Source: a virus
Direction: 5' to 3' (one strand)
Virus record (IMG/VR): IMGVR_UViG_3300042691_050360
Span: 64,001 to 128,000 of that record
Length of the DNA: 64,000 nucleotides
Shown: positions 30,314 to 38,142 of the stretch, in pieces
How the letters are laid out: each line of letters begins with the position of its first letter
Position numbering within the stretch: the first letter of the stretch is position 1
Position numbers and translations under genes: made by a program
Notes under the pieces: generated by a model
What the model was told of the DNA's origin: nothing
The model's database searches: none
The model's input: the letters and a program-made list of their open reading frames with translations, nothing else

Positions 30314-30802
30314 TTATTGTCCCCCACTCTTACCCCCTTGTGTGGGGTTTTTCGGAACACCCTGGAGCGGCGACCTTACAAACCTACTCCCCCTTGTGTT
30401 GCGATTGCCGTATATTCTCAATTCACCATTCTGTAGCTTAAACAACTGATCATAAGCCCACTTATTTCTCTCCTTTATGGCATCAGACATCTGCCTGTCT
30501 GCACCCTGTAATTTTTGCTCGTATATTCTCGCTGCCGCAAAAATAGCAACGATCTCTGGAACAGGCTTCGGGTAATTCACTTCCCCATCAAAATTCACTT
30601 TCTTTAATGGCACGTCATATTGAGTGGCTAAGGCTCCATCCACTTCATCAGAGGCTGCCTCTACAAAATAGTCCAGGTCAATATTGAAAACAGATTGTGG
30701 CGTAGGATTCCTATAGTCCGGCGAAGGATTGTCACCTTCAACAACAATATTCGGCGGCAAATATTTTTTAACGTCTTCTTTTGAGCAGTATAATCTAGCC
30801 AT
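30314..30802 (-). CDS. Head-tail adaptor, Mu gp36/DUF1320-like
   Basis: YCSKEDV...AASDEVDGALATQYDVPL...AAARIY...AYDQLFKLQNGEL. Confidence 0.7.
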   Translation of the reverse strand: MARLYCSKEDVKKYLPPNIVVEGDNPSPDYRNPTPQSVFNIDLDYFVEAASDEVDGALATQYDVPLKKVNFDGEVNYPKPVPEIVAIFAAARIYEQKLQGADRQMSDAIKERNKWAYDQLFKLQNGELRIYGNRNTRGSRFVRSPLQGVPKNPTQGGKSGGQ

Positions 30803-31469
30803 TCATTTCCCCTTCTACATTCTGTAAATATCCAGGGGTGTAATTTTCACCCTCTTCTTCTTCTAATAATCCATAGCTTGACAACTTATTCCTTGGGATT
30901 TCTGTGTAAACAGGAATATCTTCAAGCTCAGATCCGCTTCTTGCCGCTGAAGATAAAACCCTTGGATAGTCTATGTCCAAGTCCTTATAAGCCTTTGAGT
31001 GTGCATTATAAATCTCCACAAAATCTGGCTCATATGGTGTACTTTGCCAATTCGAAATAGCTCTTGCAGTAGATCTCGAAAGATCATAAAGCATGACTTT
31101 GCCACCCTGAGTTTTAGCTTGTTTGATTGCATCTTGTATGCCCAGCCCTTGAGGTATGTTCTTTTGGATGTTATAAAAAACAGCTTTGATTTTCTCACTA
31201 CTAACATAATCTTGACCAGGAATAACCTTTAAGTCAATTTTATTATTGATAGCCTGCTGTCGAGCAACCATTCCTGGTTCAATGCCGAACCTGGAAACCA
31301 ACCCAATAACATCAAGCCCTTTAATTATCGCGGAAGACAAAATGGATTTAATCTTAGCTTCAATATCTTGCTGCGTGGAGGGCTCTAATTCATCACCAAT
31401 GTAAACACGCATATCTACTCTTAGATTGTGTTTCCTTAGTGCTGTTTTTAGAAATCCTGAATACCACAC
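30795..31469 (-). CDS. PHP-fold protein lacking metal-binding histidines
   Basis: VDMRVY, KGLDVIGLVSR, LKVIPGQD, AKTQGG, FVEIYNA, SSAAR follow PHP motif order with the His residues replaced. Confidence 0.55.
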   Translation of the reverse strand: MWYSGFLKTALRKHNLRVDMRVYIGDELEPSTQQDIEAKIKSILSSAIIKGLDVIGLVSRFGIEPGMVARQQAINNKIDLKVIPGQDYVSSEKIKAVFYNIQKNIPQGLGIQDAIKQAKTQGGKVMLYDLSRSTARAISNWQSTPYEPDFVEIYNAHSKAYKDLDIDYPRVLSSAARSGSELEDIPVYTEIPRNKLSSYGLLEEEEGENYTPGYLQNVEGEMNG

Positions 31470-31503
31470 ACAGATTATTTAGTTAAAAAACAGGCTAATT
31501 CCT

Positions 31504-32058
31504 TTAAGCTCTTTTATATCCACATCCGCCGCAGAAATTGTCTGTAGCCAAATATTTCCCGCCGCATGAGCGACAAAATACATCTTTCCCAGATTGCTGT
31601 GGAGTTGGTATGGGTGCAAGCTTTCCTGGTGGTGCCTGGAATCCCTGTGCCCTTCCATTAACTGGCACGGGAGTTGTCGGACGGCCCCAGGAAGCCTCTG
31701 GGGAACCATTATAGCCGAGATGCTGATCAAGGTTGGCGATAACATCCTCCTCTGAAAGATTTTCAAGCATATCAGCCCCCCATTTTTCTGAACATTCTTC
31801 GTCAATCGGTTCTTCGACAATCTCTGTTTTTTCTTCAGGGTTCAGATTGAGTTTTGAGCCCAGTGCATCAAGATTCTTAAACAATAGCTCTGAAGCATTA
31901 TAGTTTATACTTCCAGACTCACATATGTCAGCATCTATTTCGCTCGTTGGCTCCACCATTCTCTTTGATGTTCCCGTGATGCCGCTCGCACCCTTGAGGT
32001 GATTTTCAACCCTGTCTTTTGAAAATGAAATACGCGGTGGATCTTTTGATTCAGACAT
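31504..32058 (-). CDS. Protein with C-terminal zinc ribbon
   Basis: FCRSCG...NFCGGCG. Confidence 0.65.
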   Translation of the reverse strand: MSESKDPPRISFSKDRVENHLKGASGITGTSKRMVEPTSEIDADICESGSINYNASELLFKNLDALGSKLNLNPEEKTEIVEEPIDEECSEKWGADMLENLSEEDVIANLDQHLGYNGSPEASWGRPTTPVPVNGRAQGFQAPPGKLAPIPTPQQSGKDVFCRSCGGKYLATDNFCGGCGYKRA

Positions 32059-32072
32059 ATAATGTTTATACG

Positions 32073-32414
32073 TTAAGATTGCGAGAATTGATATCCCTTT
32101 AACTCAATTCCTTTTTGCCCCTTGATCTGATTAATAACAGGAAGCACTTCATTCATAACCTCAAGCTCACCAAGGCTGCGTGGGGCAGAAAGAGTGAGAG
32201 TGATCTTGTGTGTGACTTTCTCCTCACCGGCAGTGGGGGTGGCAAAATTCTTAATATCTGGATTAAGGTCTGACTGGCTGGGCTCCACCGATGGAACCGC
32301 AAGATCAGGGTTAAATCCAGAAATATCTTGTGCAATTCTATTGAGCTCATCTGAAAGCTGTGGCTTAGAGCCTGCGATAATTTTTGCCGCATTAAATAAT
32401 TTTTGAGCGTCCAT
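32073..32414 (-). CDS. Hypothetical protein with LNRIAQ motif
   Basis: 113 aa; both promoter motifs upstream. Confidence 0.6.
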   Translation of the reverse strand: MDAQKLFNAAKIIAGSKPQLSDELNRIAQDISGFNPDLAVPSVEPSQSDLNPDIKNFATPTAGEEKVTHKITLTLSAPRSLGELEVMNEVLPVINQIKGQKGIELKGYQFSQS

Positions 32415-32626
32415 ATTTTCATTTTACATTTTTTTAGAAAAAAACCTTGAAAAATATGACCTTTACTAAGTTAGGGAAAATATACATTATAATTTCAGAT
32501 TGAATTAGATGAAAGCTTTTACTTCAAAGTTGAAACTATCTTAATTCATTTTATGTATAATAACAATGAAGCAGAGTTCCGTCATGTTATGGGAAAAAGG
32601 CGTACTTACTCAGCTTCAAACACAAA

Positions 32627-33343
32627 ATGAATCAGATTGTAGCTAATTATCTTTTTGAGCAAGAGAGTTGCTTAATCGTTCCTTCAAAACCTAAAAGGAA
32701 ATGGATGGACGATACAGTTGACAAGTTTGCTTATAGATGCTTACCTATGAGTATAGTTAATCAAGCTTCATGGGATGTTCTATGCCCAGCCACTGTTAAA
32801 GCTAAATGGAATGGAGGTAATAGCCTGCCTGATATGACAATCGAATACCCCAACGGAACAAATTTTCAATTTGCTAAAAGCGAATTTGGTTATGGAGTTC
32901 TGACTTTTCATACTGATTTTGTAATCACCACTGAAAACTCAGATTGTGTATATTGCAAAGGCCCTGCAAACTTTCATAAGAAGAATATCCAGCCACTAGA
33001 AGGAATCATAGAAACATTCTGGCTACCCTTCACATTCACAATGAACTGGAAATTTGAAGAACCTGGAGAGGTGATTTTTGAAAAAGATGAGATTATGTTC
33101 TCGTTCTTCCCTGTAGATCTAAACTATATAGAATCTTTTGATATCATAAAAAGACCGATGCGGCTAGACCCAACACTCAGCACGAAATACGAGACATACT
33201 CAAGTTCAAGAACTGAGCACATTCAAACAGGATCTACAGACGGTGAAAATTGGCAGAAATACTACATGAAGGGTGTATGCCCTCACTCGAATAAAAAGAA
33301 CAAGCTTCACAAATCTAAAGTCAATGTGAGCAAGATTGAGTAG
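32627..33343 (+). CDS. Conserved protein, DUF6065-like
   Basis: RKWMD...FAYRCLPM...WDVLCP, GPAN, LEGIIET.WLPFTFTMNW; family assignment from memory. Confidence 0.65.
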   Translation: MNQIVANYLFEQESCLIVPSKPKRKWMDDTVDKFAYRCLPMSIVNQASWDVLCPATVKAKWNGGNSLPDMTIEYPNGTNFQFAKSEFGYGVLTFHTDFVITTENSDCVYCKGPANFHKKNIQPLEGIIETFWLPFTFTMNWKFEEPGEVIFEKDEIMFSFFPVDLNYIESFDIIKRPMRLDPTLSTKYETYSSSRTEHIQTGSTDGENWQKYYMKGVCPHSNKKNKLHKSKVNVSKIE

Positions 33344-33579
33344 GATAAACTACCAAAAAACGCCAATGTAATATAAGATGAATCAAGCTTATATTGAAAT
33401 AGTAAAGGTTATCAATGAAGATTGTGTCCATCAAGATAGCAAATACACTAGATCTAACCACGAGTCTAAATTGCATCAAATATTGAGAATTCTCACAGAG
33501 TATGGATATGTTGACGAAAGCCACATAATATTTCCTGAATTCACATCCTAATTTCGCCCGTTTATTGTAAAAATAAATT

Positions 33580-33981
33580 ATCAAGCGAACTCAGATAACA
33601 ATCGGACCGCCAATCTCGAAAAATAAAATGTATACGCCATCTAAAAAATATGGCATGGTAAAGTCAAAGCACTACCGAGCATGGCTTGAATTGAATATTC
33701 CGCTTATCCGTAATGGCTTAGATAAAGCAGAAAGATTTCCAATAGAAGTGGAAATCAAAGTGGTTCAAGGAAGAGGATTCACCAGAAAGTCCGACATTGA
33801 TAATGTAAATAAGGCAATTATAGATTGTCTCGTCAAAGCAGAAATAATACCAGATGATAATGCAAATTACATTATAAGAACGGAAGAAAGATTCTTTCCT
33901 ATGTTCACTAACAAATCAGAAGCTATTACTGTAATAGCTTATTTTGAGCCGGAACAAGAAATTATTCATCAAACTGATTAG
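33580..33981 (+). CDS. rusA: RusA-family Holliday junction resolvase
   Basis: PPISKN.MY N-terminal motif upstream of the track ATG 33628; SDIDNVNKAIIDCL...IIPDD catalytic motif. Confidence 0.8.
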   Translation: MKRTQITIGPPISKNKMYTPSKKYGMVKSKHYRAWLELNIPLIRNGLDKAERFPIEVEIKVVQGRGFTRKSDIDNVNKAIIDCLVKAEIIPDDNANYIIRTEERFFPMFTNKSEAITVIAYFEPEQEIIHQTD

Positions 33982-34669
33982 TCATCAATTCTTGAATTGC
34001 CTCATTTATTGTTTTTCCAGCAACTTTGGCTCGCACAAGATTCTCCATAAAATTAACGGGGGCGAAGGATGCTGATGGGTATTCTTCATAAAACTTATTG
34101 TCAAAAAATTTATCAAAAGAACTATACACCGCCCTGTAAAGTTTGAAATCCATATTAGGGTTTTTTTGCTTAAAATATCTACTTGTTTTATATTTATAGA
34201 AATTGATAAGCTCCTTCGAATTCCACAAGGCCTGAAACAAATCTGTCTTTATCACTTCGTTAAACAATCTTTTCTGGATCTTAGGCTTATCTTCTTCAAA
34301 CTTTCTACGCCATTCTTTTAATCTATTATGAATTGGCTCTTCAACATATTCTCTGGCACTATCTGAATATTGTCTTGGTTGCTCCGCAACGCTCGGGCGA
34401 TCCTTCAAAAAACTATAAGCCATATTTAAGAGCTTGAATTTCTCCTCAGCTCCATCTTCCTTGTTTACATCGGGGTGCATCTTGAGTGCCTTTGATCTAA
34501 ATGCTGATTTGATCTCATCAGTAGAGGCTGTTGGACTCACTCCAAGCAAATCAAATGCTTGTGCCGCTGTCATAGCGAATCTTTTTAAAACTTCAGCATA
34601 TCTCGTATCCGCTTCGCGGTACTCACCAAGTTTGTCTAAGCAGTCTAAATAAGCAATATCATCAAGCAC
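33962..34669 (-). CDS. J-domain (DnaJ-like) protein with N-terminal extension
   Basis: AFDLLGV...EIKSAFRSKALKMHPDVN...AEEKFKLLNMAYSFL (HPD intact). Confidence 0.85.
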   Translation of the reverse strand: MLDDIAYLDCLDKLGEYREADTRYAEVLKRFAMTAAQAFDLLGVSPTASTDEIKSAFRSKALKMHPDVNKEDGAEEKFKLLNMAYSFLKDRPSVAEQPRQYSDSAREYVEEPIHNRLKEWRRKFEEDKPKIQKRLFNEVIKTDLFQALWNSKELINFYKYKTSRYFKQKNPNMDFKLYRAVYSSFDKFFDNKFYEEYPSASFAPVNFMENLVRAKVAGKTINEAIQELMTNQFDE

Positions 34670-34747
34670 ACTTTATAATTCTTAAAGATTTTTGCTTCAG
34701 CCTTCTCAAAACAGGTGAGTCAGATTGTGTATGTGGAATTAAACAAT

Positions 34748-35593
34748 ATGGGTAAAATTCCTTACGTCGGCCAAAGAATGTCAATAAGTGAATTAAAGAA
34801 ATATCTGGAGGCTTTAACATTTAGCAGCTTCCAGCCGAAGTTTGTTGTCGTGCATCATACTGCCGCCCCCAATCTTAAACAAAGACCTAATGGTTTTACC
34901 GATCAACATCTAATTAATCTTAAACATTATTACGAAAATGTAATGAACTGGAACGGAGCCCCGCACTTTTTCGTAGATGATAAAGGCATTATTGTATTCC
35001 AGGCACTCAATAAAGCCGGTGTTCATGCGAAAAGCTACAACTCTAGTTCATGGGGAATTGAAATGCTTGGTAATTACGACACCGTATCTGATTTTAATAA
35101 TCCAAGGGCAAAAGAAATTTTCGACACCACACAAGAGCTTGTTGGATTTCTTTGTGACTTCCTTAAAGTTCAACCGAATACATTGAAGTTTCATAGAGAC
35201 GATCCGCTTACTAATAAAACTTGCCCAGGCAAACTCGTTGATAAATCTAAGTTTATTGAAGCTGTAAACAAACACTATCTTGTTTTTAGCGGCGAAGGAG
35301 CCGAGCCATGGACTAATCCGGTATTTGAAGTGACATTGGGAGCCAATGTTTTCATTTATAGCAAGACGAGAGTGGTAAATAGCAGAACAATCGTGCCAGC
35401 AAGAGAATTCATAAATAAACTTCAGCCGAAGAATTATGCACTAACTAAAATAGGCAATAATATCGTTTGGATGAATGGAATTAAAAAATACTCCACTGCT
35501 GTGGCTGAAATTGACGAGAATGGAAGCTCATGGATATTTTTGAGAGATGTTTGCGACAAAACCGGGGCCATTTTTTTGCTCTTGAAAAGCTAA
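34748..35593 (+). CDS. N-acetylmuramoyl-L-alanine amidase (Amidase_2 type), probable endolysin
   Basis: VVVHHT, PHFFV, GVHA..YN..SWGIEMLGN, FHRD...KTCPG; ATG 34748 preferred over GTG 34715. Confidence 0.85.
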   Translation: MGKIPYVGQRMSISELKKYLEALTFSSFQPKFVVVHHTAAPNLKQRPNGFTDQHLINLKHYYENVMNWNGAPHFFVDDKGIIVFQALNKAGVHAKSYNSSSWGIEMLGNYDTVSDFNNPRAKEIFDTTQELVGFLCDFLKVQPNTLKFHRDDPLTNKTCPGKLVDKSKFIEAVNKHYLVFSGEGAEPWTNPVFEVTLGANVFIYSKTRVVNSRTIVPAREFINKLQPKNYALTKIGNNIVWMNGIKKYSTAVAEIDENGSSWIFLRDVCDKTGAIFLLLKS

Positions 35594-35616
35594 TTAAGAT
35601 TGTGTAAAATATATAT

Positions 35617-36267
35617 GTGAACATCTGGCAAGACTTCAAAAATAACAACCAGAAAGAAATAGATAAATGGCTGCATTATTTTCCTGTTTACGAAAGGCAT
35701 TTTTCTGATTGGAGAAATAAAACTTTAGTTTTCTGGGAAATCGGAGTTCAATCTGGAGGATCCTTGCAGATGTGGCAAAGATTTTTCGGACCATCTGCAA
35801 TTATAATTGGTATTGATATTGATCCCGAATGTGCAAAGCACTCAGAGGATAATATAGTTGTCAGAATCGGTAATCAAACTGATAAAGCCTTTCTGCAATC
35901 AATTGTTGACGATTTTGGCCCGCCTGATATCATTCTGGATGATGGAAGTCATGTAATGTCTGATATCCTCGAAACTTTCATGTATATGTATCCTTTACTA
36001 TCAAAGAACGGTGTGTATATGGTTGAAGACCTTCACACAGCCTATGACGAAAGATTTGGAGGAAACATGAATGACCCTAATACATTCATAAATGTAAGCA
36101 AAAGCATAATTGATGATTTGAATGCAGAACACACATATGGCAAGATTGAGCCCAATTTTATGACTAGATTTACGCTAGGAATTCATTTCTACGATAGTGT
36201 AGTAGTTTATCAAAGAGGAATCATACCTATAAGAAAAGCCCTCCGTACAGGCAATGCGGATATGTGA
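35617..36267 (+). CDS. Class I SAM-dependent methyltransferase (sugar O-methyltransferase-like)
   Basis: WEIGVQSGGS, IGIDID, DIILDDGSH, GVYMVEDLHTAY. Confidence 0.85.
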   Translation: MNIWQDFKNNNQKEIDKWLHYFPVYERHFSDWRNKTLVFWEIGVQSGGSLQMWQRFFGPSAIIIGIDIDPECAKHSEDNIVVRIGNQTDKAFLQSIVDDFGPPDIILDDGSHVMSDILETFMYMYPLLSKNGVYMVEDLHTAYDERFGGNMNDPNTFINVSKSIIDDLNAEHTYGKIEPNFMTRFTLGIHFYDSVVVYQRGIIPIRKALRTGNADM

Positions 36268-36281
36268 TCTATACGAAAATC

Positions 36282-36356
36282 TGGCACCGGAGTTGGGGTT
36301 CAAACCCAAGCGATAAGGTTTTGGAGACCTTTCGGAAGCAATCTACTCTCTCCGGT
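36282..36356 (-). tRNA. trnW: tRNA-Trp(CCA)
   Basis: Anticodon arm aaggt-CTCCAAA-acctt; encoded CCA; atypical D arm. Confidence 0.75.
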
Positions 36357-36359
36357 GTA

Positions 36360-36434
36360 TGGAGCTCATGGCTAGAATCGAACTAGCTACATTCCTTTTG
36401 CAGAGGAAGCCGTTTGCCAATTGGGTACATGAGC
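36360..36434 (-). tRNA. trnC: tRNA-Cys(GCA)
   Basis: ttcct-CTGCAAA-aggaa; U discriminator; CCA. Confidence 0.9.
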
Positions 36435-36441
36435 TTAAATC

Positions 36442-36515
36442 TGGGAGGAAATGAAAGAATCGAACTTTCATCAGAGGCGTATGATACCTCCGCTTTACCA
36501 TTAAGCTAATTTCCC
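36442..36515 (-). tRNA. tRNA-Met/Ile(CAT)
   Basis: gaggt-ATCATAC-gcctc; cloverleaf with CCA. Confidence 0.8.
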
Positions 36516-36521
36516 GTAAAA

Positions 36522-36596
36522 TGGTATCCACGCTTGGATTTGAACCAAGAACCTCAATCTTGTAAGGATTTTGCTCTACCGTTGAGCTACGCGGAT
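36522..36596 (-). tRNA. trnV: tRNA-Val(TAC)
   Basis: aatc-CTTACAA-gatt; CCA. Confidence 0.85.
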
Positions 36597-36600
36597 GGAC

Positions 36601-36698
36601 TGGCACCCATTCATGGATTCGAACCACAATTAACTCTTCCTTACTGGGCACCTTGATGCACAGAAAAGAGAGTTGTCCTGCCTTTAGACGAAATGGGT
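36601..36698 (-). tRNA. tRNA with 24-nt anticodon-loop insertion, most likely Gln(TTG); Glu or Lys alternatives
   Basis: Intact acceptor, D and T arms; stem actct/agagt encloses 31 nt; removing 24 nt can give CTTTGGA. Confidence 0.65.
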
Positions 36699-36704
36699 GT
36701 GAAA

Positions 36705-36776
36705 TGGTGTTGCCCGAGGAATTGAACCCCGCCTTCTCCCGCGAAGAGACGCTCTACCAACTGAGCTAGAAGCAAC
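36705..36776 (-). tRNA. Degenerate tRNA-like gene with shortened anticodon arm, identity undetermined
   Basis: tagctcagttggtagagc D arm, ggttcaattcc T arm, CCA; arm tctc-TTCGCGG-gaga. Confidence 0.5.
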
Positions 36777-36784
36777 ACAAGAAA

Positions 36785-36811
36785 TGGAGGAGGGAAGAGG
36801 TTTCGAAACTT
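36785..36811 (-). pseudogene. 3' fragment of a tRNA (T loop to CCA)
   Basis: ttcgaaa-cctct-tccctcc-t-cca without a 5' half; abuts the endonuclease ORF. Confidence 0.55.
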
Positions 36812-37508
36812 GGTATATGTAAATATGCTGTCAAACAACATTACTAGAGAGTTCCTACAAAAGTTCAAGTCCCGTGAAAGAGTGCCTTTAGTGTGTTTCG
36901 TATGTGGCGGAGATTTTTTACGCCCTAAAAACGATCTACTAAATTCTTTATCCTTGGGACGTAATATAGTTTGTCAAAGATTATGTGGATATAACCACTG
37001 GTTGCTGGCAACCAACCGAGGTAAGGATCATTGTGTTTGCCAGGTATGTGGCACTGAATACGTCAGATCACGATCTCAAGTGGCGAGAACTCCAAATAAG
37101 TTTTGCTCTAAATCTTGCTCAGTAACGTGGCAAAACAAACACAAAACCACCGGTTACCGACGTTCCAAACTTGAGAAGTATCTTGAAGAAAAGATTCGCA
37201 AAGAGTTTCCAGCTTTACAGTTTGAAGCTAATTGCCGGTCTGTCATTGATTACGAACTTGATTTCTATTTTCCGACTTTGAAGTTCGCAATAGAAGTAAA
37301 CGGGATTACGCACTATCGTCCTGTTTACAGCGAAGCCCGGTTCAAGCGTACAAAGGAGATTGACGCTGAAAAGAAATTACGTTGCAGTGAACTAGGTATC
37401 ACCTTGTATGTGATACCTAATACCATTCATGCCTTTACAGCTGAATTCGGGGATATAACATGGAGTGAGATGCTGGATTCAGCTGTAAGCCCGCTACGGC
37501 CTACTTAG
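36810..37508 (+). CDS. Zinc-finger plus PD-(D/E)xK (Vsr/DUF559-like) endonuclease, probable homing endonuclease in the tRNA array
   Basis: CFVCG, CQVCG, FCSKSC; SKLE...ELDFYFP.LKFAIEVNG..HY; antisense to the tRNAs. Confidence 0.75.
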   Translation: MVYVNMLSNNITREFLQKFKSRERVPLVCFVCGGDFLRPKNDLLNSLSLGRNIVCQRLCGYNHWLLATNRGKDHCVCQVCGTEYVRSRSQVARTPNKFCSKSCSVTWQNKHKTTGYRRSKLEKYLEEKIRKEFPALQFEANCRSVIDYELDFYFPTLKFAIEVNGITHYRPVYSEARFKRTKEIDAEKKLRCSELGITLYVIPNTIHAFTAEFGDITWSEMLDSAVSPLRPT

Positions 37509-37540
37509 ATTAGCAATATAGCTCAGCACACCCAATATCC
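37450..37540 (-). pseudogene. Degenerate copy of tRNA-Ser(GCT) overlapping the endonuclease 3' end
   Basis: Shares ggata..tggagt..gat, acttagattagcaat and aatatcc with 37640..37730. Confidence 0.55.
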
Positions 37541-37548
37541 TCAAAATA

Positions 37549-37636
37549 TGGTGGGGAATGTAGGATTTGAACCCACGGAACCTTTCAGTCCTGCTGTTTT
37601 CAAGACAGCTGCAATCGGCCTCTATGCGAATTCCCC
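37549..37636 (-). tRNA. trnS: tRNA-Ser(TGA)
   Basis: gctgt-CTTGAAA-acagc; long variable arm; CCA. Confidence 0.9.
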
Positions 37637-37639
37637 GTA

Positions 37640-37730
37640 TGGCGGATACACTGGAGTACGATTCCAAAGCCTTTTACAGCCCACTTAGATTAGCAATCTA
37701 GTCCGGCAAACCTGTCCGGTTGTAATATCC
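37640..37730 (-). tRNA. trnS: tRNA-Ser(GCT)
   Basis: taga-TTGCTAA-tcta; long variable arm; atypical D and T loops; CCA. Confidence 0.8.
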
Positions 37731-37737
37731 TTAAATC

Positions 37738-37813
37738 TGGTGCTCCCCTCCGAGTACGATCCGGAAACCTTCCCATCTTCAGCGGGACGCTCTACCAATT
37801 GAGCTAGAGAAGC
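37738..37813 (-). tRNA. trnF: tRNA-Phe(GAA)
   Basis: tcccg-CTGAAGA-tggga; CCA. Confidence 0.9.
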
Positions 37814-37821
37814 ACATAATC

Positions 37822-37913
37822 TGGAGCGAGATGAGAGATTCGAACTCTCAAAATCTGCTTCCTGTAATGAGATCACAGGAAGGCAGGCGTTTTACCATTA
37901 AAACTAATCCCGC
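37822..37913 (-). tRNA. trnG: tRNA-Gly(TCC) with 17-nt anticodon-loop insertion
   Basis: GCGGGAT acceptor, U discriminator; cctgc-CTTCC[tgtgatctcattacagg]AA-gcaga. Confidence 0.8.
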
Positions 37914-37918
37914 TCACT

Positions 37919-37938
37919 TATTTAATTGTCAAAGAACA
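37919..37938 (-). promoter_or_regulatory. boxA-like element between terminator and first tRNA of array 1
   Basis: tgttctttgacaattaaata; ttgacaattaaata is identical at 40051..40064. Confidence 0.5.
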
Positions 37939-37942
37939 TAAT

Positions 37943-37976
37943 AAAAAAACCCCGAAGATCTTGCCTTCGGGGTTTT
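37943..37976 (-). terminator. Attenuator terminator upstream of tRNA array 1
   Basis: aaaaccccgaag-gcaagat-cttcggggttttttt. Confidence 0.9.
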
Positions 37977-38002
37977 GGTGAAATTTTTGTTAAAGAAAAA
38001 TT

Positions 38003-38065
38003 CTAGCCATTACCCTGAAGGGTTGACCACATAAAGCATCCTTGACTAAATTGCGAATTTCTCAT
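38003..38065 (-). CDS. Leader peptide 1 (MRNSQFSQGCFMWSTLQGNG) of tRNA array 1 attenuator
   Basis: SD AGGA 9 nt upstream; codons 4-14 match downstream tRNAs; its ccttcagggt is complementary to the terminator 5' arm. Confidence 0.8.
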   Translation of the reverse strand: MRNSQFSQGCFMWSTLQGNG

Positions 38066-38084
38066 TGTTATATTTCCTATGTTA

Positions 38085-38117
38085 ATGTTATACGCATTAA
38101 CTACCTTCTTTGTTCCG
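38085..38117 (-). promoter_or_regulatory. Candidate promoter for tRNA array 1 (GGAAC-N17-CGTATAA, ECF-like)
   Basis: ggaac-aaagaaggtagttaatg-cgtataac. Confidence 0.5.
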
Positions 38118-38142
38118 TGTTTTTTTAAAATTTATTTAAAAA

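Noticed and set aside
33321-33584. 87-aa minus-strand ORF between the DUF6065-like gene and rusA
   Set aside because: No clear start signal or motif and it overlaps both neighbours; cannot be supported, though the gap may hide a small gene
36343-37876. Track ORFs 36343..36651, 36641..36868 and 37685..37876
   Set aside because: They are translations of tRNA genes
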